DNA of 64,000 nt from a virus (Duplodnaviria > Caudoviricetes): the IMG/VR virus record IMGVR_UViG_3300023108_000002; one strand, written 5' to 3'. The position numbers and the translations under genes are program-made. Positions 37,768 to 46,551 of this stretch are shown piece after piece (positions within the stretch are counted from its first letter, which is position 1; every line of letters starts with the position of its first letter). Below the pieces are notes generated by a model. The model had not been told where the DNA came from. It saw nothing but the letters and a program-made list of their open reading frames with translations, and searched no databases.

Positions 37768-38787
37768 ATGACATCTGGACTAATGAGTAAGTTAAGAAAG
37801 AATACGTCTTTCAAAGATGGAAGAGTTAATACTTTATCAGAATCGCCGTTTTTACATGAAAAGGATAATATTCCTACAAATATTCCAGCAATGAATGTTG
37901 CATTTTCTGGATCACTGGAAAAAGGATTTACTTCTGGTTTGACAATGATTGCAGGTCCAAGTAAACACTTTAAAACGGCATTTGGTTTGATTATGATGAA
38001 ATCGTATCTAGACAAATATCCAGATGCGGTTGCTCTTTTTTATGACAGTGAATTTGGAACTCCACAGAACTATTTTGATGTATTTGAAATTGATACCACA
38101 AGAGTAGTTCACATTCCAGTTACTGATTTGGAAGAATTGAAATTTGATATGGTTTCTCAGCTAAAAGAAATAGAAACAGAAGATAAACTTTTTATCATGG
38201 TTGATTCTGTAGGAAACCTTGCATCGAAAAAAGAAGTAGAAGATGCGGAGAATCAAAAGTCTGCCGCTGATATGACAAGAGCAAAACAATTCAAATCTTT
38301 GTTTAGAATGGTAACACCACATCTAACAATGAAAGATATTCCAATGGTTGCAATTAACCACACATATGACTCACAGGGGTTATATCCAACTAAGGTTGTA
38401 TCTGGTGGCACTGGAATGTATTATAGTGCTGATACTATTTGGATTATTGGTAGACAACAAGACAAGGTTGGTACAGAAATTCAAGGATATCATTTCGTAA
38501 TCAATGTAGAGAAATCTAGATTTGTAAAAGAAAAATCTAAAATTCCAATTTCAGTTTCATGGGAAAATGGTATAGATAAAACTTCAGGTCTTCTTGACAT
38601 GGCGGTAGATTATGGTGTAATATCCAAATCAGGTGGATGGTATCAGATGGTTGATCCAGAAACTGGAGAAGTAGACGATAAAAAGTTTCGTGAAAAAGAA
38701 ACACATAATATGGAATTTTGGGAAACTTTATTACAAGATTCTAAATTTGATGGATTTTTGAAAAAGAAATATAGAGTAGGTAACTAA
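37768..38787 (+). CDS. uvsX: RecA-like recombinase UvsX
   Basis: AGPSKHFKT, FYDSEFG, VDSVGNLASKKE, SGGTG.YYSAD, KSRFVKEK. Confidence 0.96.
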   Translation: MTSGLMSKLRKNTSFKDGRVNTLSESPFLHEKDNIPTNIPAMNVAFSGSLEKGFTSGLTMIAGPSKHFKTAFGLIMMKSYLDKYPDAVALFYDSEFGTPQNYFDVFEIDTTRVVHIPVTDLEELKFDMVSQLKEIETEDKLFIMVDSVGNLASKKEVEDAENQKSAADMTRAKQFKSLFRMVTPHLTMKDIPMVAINHTYDSQGLYPTKVVSGGTGMYYSADTIWIIGRQQDKVGTEIQGYHFVINVEKSRFVKEKSKIPISVSWENGIDKTSGLLDMAVDYGVISKSGGWYQMVDPETGEVDDKKFREKETHNMEFWETLLQDSKFDGFLKKKYRVGN

Positions 38788-39113
38788 TGGCAATTTGGGC
38801 TTCTGATTTTATATATCAACAGAGAATGCAGATTTGTAATTCTTGTGAAGAGTTTGTAAAAACATTAAAGGTATGTAAATCTTGTGGATGTTTTATGCCT
38901 GCCAAAGCTAAAATTGCTAATCTAAGATGTCCAAAAGACAAATGGACAGAAGTTTATGGAACAGAAGATCAAGAACCAAAAACTTTGTCTTTACATAAAG
39001 GCTCAGATGATATAGAGAAAAAGAAAGAGTCTTTATTAAGACAGGCACAACATTTAAAAGATGAGTCCGATAGGTTGTTTAGAGAGGCTAAAAAATTAGA
39101 TGGAACTAACTGA
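38787..39113 (+). CDS. Cys-rich metal-binding hypothetical protein (DUF6171-like)
   Basis: R..ICNSC...CKSCGCFM..K......CP..KW followed by a coiled coil. Confidence 0.6.
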   Translation: MAIWASDFIYQQRMQICNSCEEFVKTLKVCKSCGCFMPAKAKIANLRCPKDKWTEVYGTEDQEPKTLSLHKGSDDIEKKKESLLRQAQHLKDESDRLFREAKKLDGTN

Positions 39114-40485
39114 ACAAGTTGTTATGAATTGTTTGTTTTCGGATGATGCTTATGTAAGAAAGGCATTGCCGTTTATAGAACGAGAATATTTTCAAACCGA
39201 ATCCAATAAAATTATTTTTGATATGATTAAGAATCATATCGAAAAATATAATGATTTGCCTACCAAAGAATCTTTATTGATTTCTTTAGACGATATAAAT
39301 GTTTCTGAAAATATTTACACAGAATGTTCTCAGTTTATAAATTATCTCCATAATCAAAGAGATGAACATAGAAATAGTGAATGGCAATTGGATGCAACTG
39401 AAAAGTGGTGTCAAGATAGAGCTATATATAATGCGGTGATGAAATCTATCAATATCATTAATGAAGATTCTCCAGAAAAAGGAAACATGCCAAAGATTTT
39501 GAGTGAGGCTCTTGCAGTTTCATTTGATAGTAATATTGGTCATGATTTTATTGATGATTGGGAAGAACGATTTGACTTTTATCAGAGAGTTGAAGAAAAA
39601 ATTCCATTTCATCTTGATATGTTAAATCGTATCACGAAGGGTGGACTTCCAAAGAAAACATTGAATGTTGCACTTGCTGGAACTGGTGTTGGTAAATCTC
39701 TGTTTATGTGTGATTGTGCAGCAAACCATCTTCTAATGGGATATGATGTTTTGTATATTACATGTGAAATGGCAGAAGAAAAGATTGCAGAAAGAATTGA
39801 TGCAAATCTTTTAAACACCAGCATTCAAGATGTTTCTGCAATGGCAAGAGGTACATTTGATAAAAAGATTGATCGAATCAAGAAAAAGACAACTGGTAAA
39901 ATGATTATCAAAGAGTATCCAACAGCTGTCGCAAATGCAAATCATTTCAGACACTTGTTGAATGAGTTATCTTTGAAGAAGAATTTTAGACCAAAAGTTA
40001 TCTATATTGATTACCTAAATATATGTGCATCTGCAAGAATTAAACCTGGCGCTGGTGCAAACTCATATACATTGATAAAATCAATTGCAGAAGAACTAAG
40101 AGGTCTTGCTGTTGAAAATGATGTGCCTATTGTGACTGCAACACAGACGACCAGAGGTGGTTATGCAAACAGTGATGTTGATTTGACTGACACATCTGAG
40201 AGTTTTGGTTTGCCTGCTACAGCAGATTTGATGTTTGCTCTAATATCAACAGAAGAACTTGAAGATATGGGACAGATATTGATTAAACAATTGAAGAATC
40301 GATATAATGATCCAAATGAAAATAAAAGATTTGTTGTTGGAATTGATAGACCAAAAATGAGGTTGTATGATGTTGAAGATGACGCACAGGATGAATTAAT
40401 ACAGGAAAGAACTGATAATACTTATAGAGAAACATTCTCTAATAAATCTAGCAAAAAGATAGGAAAAGTGGAGATTAAACTATGA
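39100..40485 (+). CDS. gp41: replicative helicase gp41
   Basis: LAGTGVGKS, EMAEEKIAERIDAN, IDYLNI, IAEELRGLAVE, TATQTTR, SESFGLPATAD, QLKNRY. Confidence 0.97.
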   Translation: MELTEQVVMNCLFSDDAYVRKALPFIEREYFQTESNKIIFDMIKNHIEKYNDLPTKESLLISLDDINVSENIYTECSQFINYLHNQRDEHRNSEWQLDATEKWCQDRAIYNAVMKSINIINEDSPEKGNMPKILSEALAVSFDSNIGHDFIDDWEERFDFYQRVEEKIPFHLDMLNRITKGGLPKKTLNVALAGTGVGKSLFMCDCAANHLLMGYDVLYITCEMAEEKIAERIDANLLNTSIQDVSAMARGTFDKKIDRIKKKTTGKMIIKEYPTAVANANHFRHLLNELSLKKNFRPKVIYIDYLNICASARIKPGAGANSYTLIKSIAEELRGLAVENDVPIVTATQTTRGGYANSDVDLTDTSESFGLPATADLMFALISTEELEDMGQILIKQLKNRYNDPNENKRFVVGIDRPKMRLYDVEDDAQDELIQERTDNTYRETFSNKSSKKIGKVEIKL

Positions 40486-41114
40486 CGGACGAAAAAGAAG
40501 TAGTAAATTTTGAGGTAGACCAAGAAACTTTTAGAGTTAAACCACCAGATGGTAACATGGCTTGGATTTCTGTATGGGACAATGTTTTGTCAGCAGAAAA
40601 GTGTGAAGAAATTATTGAAGAGTTTGAAAAGGCTTCTGAATATCATAAGAAAACAGAACATCCAGAATATAGAAGTTTTACTGAATTGAATTTTTTTGAT
40701 CCAGCACTTCTTTCTGCAAATCCGAAGTTTGAAGAACTATCAATGGAACTTTTAGGGAAAGTTTCCGAATATGTTGAGAGTTATAGACAACACAATAATA
40801 TCGCATTTTTTCCTCAACAATGTCATAATGAAGAAGTGAGAATGAAAAAATATTTTGCTGGTTCTGAGGATGATTTCAAGTATCATGCGGATGTTGGTGA
40901 TTATGCTTCTGCAAGAAGATTTCTTGTGTGCTTCTTTTATCTCAATACTGTAGAGGAAGGGGGAGAGACCGTATTTCCTGATTACAATACAAGTATCTCA
41001 CCAGTACAGGGCAGACTCGCAGTGTTTCCGCCTTTTTGGACGCATCCACACCAAGCTCAGCCCGCTGTATCCAATGATAAGTACATTGTAGGTACATATC
41101 TACACTACATGTAA
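40482..41114 (+). CDS. 2OG-Fe(II) oxygenase (prolyl-4-hydroxylase-like)
   Basis: HAD metal ligands, YLN.VEEGGET.F, G.L.VFP..WTHPH, K.IV. Confidence 0.88.
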   Translation: MTDEKEVVNFEVDQETFRVKPPDGNMAWISVWDNVLSAEKCEEIIEEFEKASEYHKKTEHPEYRSFTELNFFDPALLSANPKFEELSMELLGKVSEYVESYRQHNNIAFFPQQCHNEEVRMKKYFAGSEDDFKYHADVGDYASARRFLVCFFYLNTVEEGGETVFPDYNTSISPVQGRLAVFPPFWTHPHQAQPAVSNDKYIVGTYLHYM

Positions 41115-41117
41115 AAT

Positions 41118-41125
41118 TATAAATA
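41118..41125 (+). promoter_or_regulatory. T4-type late promoter TATAAATA
   Basis: Exact consensus heading the 41.2-53.5 kb block. Confidence 0.8.
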
Positions 41126-41163
41126 GTGGTATTAACTCAATATATAAAGGGTAATTCCATTTC

Positions 41164-42492
41164 ATGGCTTATAATTATAGACCAAAATCATCCCAAGATA
41201 TAAAAGATCTTGGGGTGGTAATGAGTAAAGAAAAAGTTTTGGTTTCATTATTCGAAGAAATGAAATCGAACTTTGGAAAATCTTTTGATGAATTTATTAC
41301 AATAGAGACAGGTAGCGCAGGATTCGGAAACGCAAAGATTCTTAATGATTTTAAGAATATGGTCGATATAAATTCATATAAGAAAAAATATATAGGAATA
41401 TCTCTTAAATTTGGAAATGGATCTAATCCAAGTAGTAATGCTCCTACTACTCAACAACAAGAATTAATTACTCTTAAAATATTTGAAGAATTATTATCTA
41501 GTAAAACAAAAAATTACAAGAAATTCGACCAATTGCTTCCGACACTCTTAGAAATATATCCCAATCTTCCATATGAAAAGTCTTGGTATAATTCGTTTGA
41601 ATTGCAATTTAATCAAATCGAAAAAGAAACCAAACTACCCAATAGTACATTTGATGTTTATAATCGTGATGGTGGATTTATGGATTATATATCAAAATTA
41701 GTAAATAGTAAGTTTGATATTGCAAAGAAAGATTCGTGGAATCCTGCTGATATATGGCTTTTAAGGTCGTCTGCTTATAAAAAATACGAAGCGATGTTAA
41801 ATGAAGCGGTTAGTATTCAAGAGTGTAATGCCATATTAGTTTCTGCGTATAATAATACAGACATTGTTGGTATTTCTTTGAAAAAGAATGATGGAAAAAA
41901 ATTAAATTATGATTTAATAAATTTAAAATCTTCTACTAAAGAAAGTTCTGTAGACTATTCAAAGTTTCTTTTAAATATTCCATATAATGAAAAAACAAAG
42001 TCTTTTACTTCGGTTACTAGTCAATTAGAAGTAAAATACCAAAACAAAACTTATCGTATGGGAGTAAAAAGCAATCAGGCTCAAATTGGAAACATCACAT
42101 ATGAGTTTGTTGGAACTGGAGCTGCTGCGTTTTTAGGAAAAGTTCCAAAAGATATGTTGAAACTTGAATTAAAAAAAGATGGATACTTGATGCCAGAACA
42201 CACTCATTATATGAAGTTTGATAGGAAAGATTTTGAAAATAAAATATCGGTTATAAAAAGAAATAAAACACTTTTTACAATTGATGGAAATTTAGATAAA
42301 TTTGTAGACCAACTTGAAGAATCTTGGTCAAAAGGAAGAAGTAAAGATAATGTTGTTATATCTCAAATCGTATGTTTTGCATATATTATAGCAAATTTAT
42401 CATTATCTAGAAGAAAAGAGTTTATAAGGGATTTATTTTTTATGGCACAGAAAAAAGGCCCAATGTTCGGCCCATTTGGAAAGTTATACTAA
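41164..42492 (+). CDS. putative PD-(D/E)XK nuclease-like protein
   Basis: TTQQQE...KDSWNPADIW...GISLKK resembles a PD-(D/E)xK active-site arrangement. Confidence 0.5.
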   Translation: MAYNYRPKSSQDIKDLGVVMSKEKVLVSLFEEMKSNFGKSFDEFITIETGSAGFGNAKILNDFKNMVDINSYKKKYIGISLKFGNGSNPSSNAPTTQQQELITLKIFEELLSSKTKNYKKFDQLLPTLLEIYPNLPYEKSWYNSFELQFNQIEKETKLPNSTFDVYNRDGGFMDYISKLVNSKFDIAKKDSWNPADIWLLRSSAYKKYEAMLNEAVSIQECNAILVSAYNNTDIVGISLKKNDGKKLNYDLINLKSSTKESSVDYSKFLLNIPYNEKTKSFTSVTSQLEVKYQNKTYRMGVKSNQAQIGNITYEFVGTGAAAFLGKVPKDMLKLELKKDGYLMPEHTHYMKFDRKDFENKISVIKRNKTLFTIDGNLDKFVDQLEESWSKGRSKDNVVISQIVCFAYIIANLSLSRRKEFIRDLFFMAQKKGPMFGPFGKLY

Positions 42493-43748
42493 TGAAAAGT
42501 TTTAGAACACATTTAAACGAATCAAAAGAAGGTAAAAATTTACACCTAGAACATCTTGAAGATGAAATTATTAATAATGGTATTAATGGTGCAAGAGGCG
42601 CAGTAAACTTTTTAAGAGCCCTTAGAGATATGTTATCTGGTTCTGCTACTTCTAAGATCAATATGACCGTAAAGTGGGACGGAGCTCCAGCAATTTTTGC
42701 TGGTACTGATCCTTCCGATGGTAAGTTTTTTGTCGCAAAAAAGTCTGTATTTAATGCAGTGCCATTGTTGTATAAAAGCATAGATGAAATTGAAACAACT
42801 TCCGACTTGTCGCCAAACCTAAAGTCAAAATTTAAAGTTGCATTTTCAGAGTTTTCCAAGTTGGGAATCAAAGATGTTATTCAGGGCGACCTGATGTATA
42901 CTGATGAAAGAGAAGAAAAAACTTTGGATGGCAAAACTTATATTACATTTCAACCAAATACATTAGTATATGCTGTTCAAAAAGACTCTTCTATTGGAAA
43001 AGAAATTTCTGCATCTAAGGTTGGTGTTGTTTGGCATACAACATATAAAGGAAAAGATTTGCAAGGAATGACAGCTTCATTTGGAGTTAATATTTCTGGG
43101 CTCAAGAAAACATCTTCAGTTTGGATGGATGATGCAACATTTAAAGATGTTTCTGGGACTGCTAAGTTTACTGCATCTGAATTGAAAACTCTTAATGGAC
43201 AACTCTCATCTGTCGGTAGAAAATTCAAAAAAATCAAAGCAAATGAATTTAATTCATTTTTAGAAATTCAGAATAAAACATTGGTGAAAGGATTGTCTGG
43301 TGCAAGTTTCAAAACTTTCTTGAATGCATACATCAGAGAAGGAAAGAATATTTCGACAAAAAATTTGAAAAACTTTGATTATTCAATGTATGTCAAAAAT
43401 TATTTTGATAATAAGATAATTTCCAAATTGAAAACAGAAAAATCACGTCAAATAAAAGAAGAATTAAGAGATGAATTGGTCAAAAAACTAATCAAGTTAG
43501 ATTCGGTTGTATATGCGATAGTTGACTTTATGGAAGAAATGATTGCAGCTAAAACTCTAATCGTAAATAAACTAAATAGTATTAAACAAATGACGGATAT
43601 TTTTGTTAGAACTGATAATGGTTATAAAGTAACAAATCCAGAGGGATATGTTGCAATTGACCACACTGGAACTAATGCTGTGAAACTTGTAGATAGAATG
43701 GAATTTAGTTATAACAACTTTACCGCAGCAAAGGCATGGGACAAGTAA
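42492..43748 (+). CDS. DUF6267-like protein with ATP-dependent ligase/nucleotidyltransferase motifs
   Basis: MKSF..LNE leader; KNLHLEHLED; VKWDG (motif I), IQGDL (III), EGYVAI (IV), AVKLV (V). Confidence 0.6.
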   Translation: MKSFRTHLNESKEGKNLHLEHLEDEIINNGINGARGAVNFLRALRDMLSGSATSKINMTVKWDGAPAIFAGTDPSDGKFFVAKKSVFNAVPLLYKSIDEIETTSDLSPNLKSKFKVAFSEFSKLGIKDVIQGDLMYTDEREEKTLDGKTYITFQPNTLVYAVQKDSSIGKEISASKVGVVWHTTYKGKDLQGMTASFGVNISGLKKTSSVWMDDATFKDVSGTAKFTASELKTLNGQLSSVGRKFKKIKANEFNSFLEIQNKTLVKGLSGASFKTFLNAYIREGKNISTKNLKNFDYSMYVKNYFDNKIISKLKTEKSRQIKEELRDELVKKLIKLDSVVYAIVDFMEEMIAAKTLIVNKLNSIKQMTDIFVRTDNGYKVTNPEGYVAIDHTGTNAVKLVDRMEFSYNNFTAAKAWDK

Positions 43749-44852
43749 ATGGACATAATAAGAATTATAGAAAGACTTAGATTGGAAGAAGGTGTTAACG
43801 ATCCTTCTATTTTTAAAGCAGTATTTCTTGCCGGCGGGCCCGGTTCAGGAAAATCTTTTATTGTGGGAAAAACTGCACTTACTTCTCTTGGAATGAGAGT
43901 TGTAAATTCAGACCCAGCGTTTGAAAAGGCACTTGCAAAGGCTGGACTTGAAATGACACCAGACGATATTTGGTCTGATGCTGGTCAGACTGCCAGAGTT
44001 CGAGCAAAAAAAGTAACATCCAAACAACAATCTCTCTATGTACAGGGTAGATTGGGATTGGTTATTGATGGTACGGGAAAAGATTATGAAAAGATTGCAA
44101 AACAAAAAGCTCAGTTAGAAAAACTTGGTTATGAAACTGCAATGATTTTTGTAAACACAAATTTAGAAACGGCCGTTGCTAGAGATGCCGCGAGAAGCAG
44201 GACGCTTGGTGCCGCCGAAGTTGGTAAGATGTGGAAAGGAGTTCAAGATAACATTGGAAAGTTCCAAAGAGCATTCAAATCAAAAATGTTCATTGTTGAT
44301 AATTCTGATGGCGCAGATTTTGAAAGAGATGTTATGGCAACATATAGAGCAATTTCATCATGGGCAAAGAAAACTCCTGAAAATAAAGCTGCTCAAAAAT
44401 GGATTTCTGGACAAAAGGCAAAAAGAAATATTAAAGAAGAAACTTTAGAGGAACAAAAGTTTTCGGACAAAGAAATCAAAATGGCTATAGGCGTTGCATC
44501 TGATAAGCGTTATAAAGATGGTAATATGACAGGCGCAGTTAAAGCAATTGATAAAATCAAAAAAGGTTTATCTGACCACCCACAAGTTAGGGCTGTTTTG
44601 CGGAGACAAAATGAAAATATTTCTGAAGAAAGAGATTTTGTGGGCGAGACTGCCGAAATGATGATGCGCGACATGATAATCATGCAAAACAAATTAGATG
44701 AACTTATAGATGCAATGGAAGAAGAGATGGGAAGACCTCAGATAGAGAAATTTGAAATCGAACCTTGGATTGTATCTAAAATTACAAAAGCCAAAGATTA
44801 CATCGATTCCGTGTATGATTATAGTATAATGGATGATCTGGATTTTGAATGA
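43749..44852 (+). CDS. P-loop kinase (AAA_33/zeta-toxin/PNK-like) with appended small modules
   Basis: AGGPGSGKS, VNSD, VIDGTG, RDAARSR lid; the C-terminal ~135 aa are unrelated modules. Confidence 0.7.
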   Translation: MDIIRIIERLRLEEGVNDPSIFKAVFLAGGPGSGKSFIVGKTALTSLGMRVVNSDPAFEKALAKAGLEMTPDDIWSDAGQTARVRAKKVTSKQQSLYVQGRLGLVIDGTGKDYEKIAKQKAQLEKLGYETAMIFVNTNLETAVARDAARSRTLGAAEVGKMWKGVQDNIGKFQRAFKSKMFIVDNSDGADFERDVMATYRAISSWAKKTPENKAAQKWISGQKAKRNIKEETLEEQKFSDKEIKMAIGVASDKRYKDGNMTGAVKAIDKIKKGLSDHPQVRAVLRRQNENISEERDFVGETAEMMMRDMIIMQNKLDELIDAMEEEMGRPQIEKFEIEPWIVSKITKAKDYIDSVYDYSIMDDLDFE

Positions 44853-45145
44853 TGCAAAGCTTTGCTCAATTTTTGGACGAAGGAATTAAATTCAAGTTAA
44901 TCCGTGGCAAAGACATGGATGTTTTAAAGATGTGGAATAAGGGCGATAACAAATGGGTAGAATTAAGAGGCAAGCCTGGTTTTGAAACCAGATATGACCC
45001 TAAAGACCCATTACATAAAGCAATAACTGCGTTAGGAAAATCTGCTAACATATCAGATTTTATGAATGGAGATGAAGTAAGTATTAATCCAAAACATCCA
45101 GACGCTAAGAAGGCGTTGAAAACAATACAGGGTTTGATGAAATGA
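44849..45145 (+). CDS. hypothetical protein with capsid-targeting-like leader (MQSFAQFLDE)
   Basis: Leader resembles the T4 IP capsid-targeting sequence; ATGA coupling. Confidence 0.6.
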   Translation: MMQSFAQFLDEGIKFKLIRGKDMDVLKMWNKGDNKWVELRGKPGFETRYDPKDPLHKAITALGKSANISDFMNGDEVSINPKHPDAKKALKTIQGLMK

Positions 45146-45678
45146 AAAGTTTTAGACAGTTTCAAAATATTGAAGAGATGGTAGAATATCATGTTATTAG
45201 TGAAATTCCATTATTAGATAATGTATTTCGTTTAGGATCGAATGCATTTTTTGAAACTTTTAATATTGCAAGAAAAATGTATGAAGAAGGAAAACTAGAA
45301 TTCGATTCATATGATATAGAAATTCTTGAAACAGATATTGGAAAGTGGGAATTGTTTGAAAATGAACATGTCCCGCTCGATTGTCCTTTTTTGGTTGAGG
45401 AAGAAAAAGATGTAGAATTAAATTCTCCCAAAAGAGGCGGTAACAAGAAATACTATGTTTATGTGAAAAATGAAAAGGGAAATGTTATAAAGGTTGAGTT
45501 TGGAGATACAACTGGATTGACTGCAAAAATTAATAACAAAGAAGCTGCTAGAAATTTTGCAGCAAGACATAATTGCGATCAGAAAAACGACAAAACAAAA
45601 CCTGGCTACTGGGCATGTAGATTGCCTAGATATGCAAAACAACTTGGATTGAGTGGAGGCGGAAGCTATTTTTGGTGA
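45142..45678 (+). CDS. DUF6321-like protein with capsid-targeting-like leader
   Basis: MKSFRQF..IEE; C-terminal KKYYVYV...VEFGD...FAARHNC...PGYWACR. Confidence 0.6.
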   Translation: MKSFRQFQNIEEMVEYHVISEIPLLDNVFRLGSNAFFETFNIARKMYEEGKLEFDSYDIEILETDIGKWELFENEHVPLDCPFLVEEEKDVELNSPKRGGNKKYYVYVKNEKGNVIKVEFGDTTGLTAKINNKEAARNFAARHNCDQKNDKTKPGYWACRLPRYAKQLGLSGGGSYFW

Positions 45679-45682
45679 TACT

Positions 45683-45958
45683 ATGAGACCTTATATGGAA
45701 TGGATGGAAGAAGAAAGCTGTATTTTAAGAGAATTTAATGAGGATGTAGATAGTGAAGAATTGGTTTGGCATAGAGACAAAAATGATAGACTAGTTCGTA
45801 TTATGGAATCTGATGGATGGTTTTTTCAATTTGAAGATGAATTTCCTTTTGAGTTATTGAAAGGAATGTGGTTGAAGATAGATAACCACAGATATCATAG
45901 AGTAATAAAAGGCGATAACAATGGGAGTTTATTAATCAAAATTTACGAAGGGGGATAG
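45683..45958 (+). CDS. small cupin-like protein
   Basis: ELVWHRD...GW.FQF...YHRVIKG cupin-type His motifs. Confidence 0.6.
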   Translation: MRPYMEWMEEESCILREFNEDVDSEELVWHRDKNDRLVRIMESDGWFFQFEDEFPFELLKGMWLKIDNHRYHRVIKGDNNGSLLIKIYEGG

Positions 45959-45959
45959 A

Positions 45960-46181
45960 ATGTTTCATCAGTTGCTTGATATTCATTTATCTAATATAAA
46001 AAAGTTTGATGATGTAATGAATACCAATTATTTACAAGAATATAAAAAAATAATGTGGCATGCCCTGAATGAATTTGAAAAACCGTTGATGAGTGCTGTT
46101 TTTACAAATGGTAGACAGTGGAGAAAACTCAAAGACCAATTTTTGTATGTGCCAGAGGAAGGAACTAAAAATGACAGATGA
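45960..46181 (+). CDS. hypothetical protein
   Basis: GGGGG RBS; tightly packed between neighbours. Confidence 0.45.
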   Translation: MFHQLLDIHLSNIKKFDDVMNTNYLQEYKKIMWHALNEFEKPLMSAVFTNGRQWRKLKDQFLYVPEEGTKNDR

Positions 46182-46551
46182 CATAGATTTTGGATTTACT
46201 GCCGTTGACGAAGAAGAGCTGAGAAGTATTGCACCTTCTCCGGCATCTAATGAAGTGTCAGAAAAACTTGAAAGCACTGGAGAAGGACTCAAGTTATTAG
46301 AATATAAAATGGACAATTTAGTTGATAAACTTGGTGAAATGTTAGACGAAGTTGAAACGGTGAAGGAATTTTATAATAACGAAAAAGTAATTGTAAATTC
46401 TAAGTTGAAAGATGTTGAAAATCTAATTTTACCTCTACTAAATAATTTGATGAAAAATAAAGAAAAAGAGTATATTTACTGGCCAAACCGCGAAGCAATT
46501 ATCACTCAACAAATAAATCGTATAACGAATATAACAAGAGCAGAAGAATGA
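46171..46551 (+). CDS. hypothetical coiled-coil protein
   Basis: MTDDIDFGFTAVDEEEL...LPLLNNLMKNKEKEYIYWPNR; ATG at 46171 after GGAA/GAGG. Confidence 0.6.
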   Translation: MTDDIDFGFTAVDEEELRSIAPSPASNEVSEKLESTGEGLKLLEYKMDNLVDKLGEMLDEVETVKEFYNNEKVIVNSKLKDVENLILPLLNNLMKNKEKEYIYWPNREAIITQQINRITNITRAEE

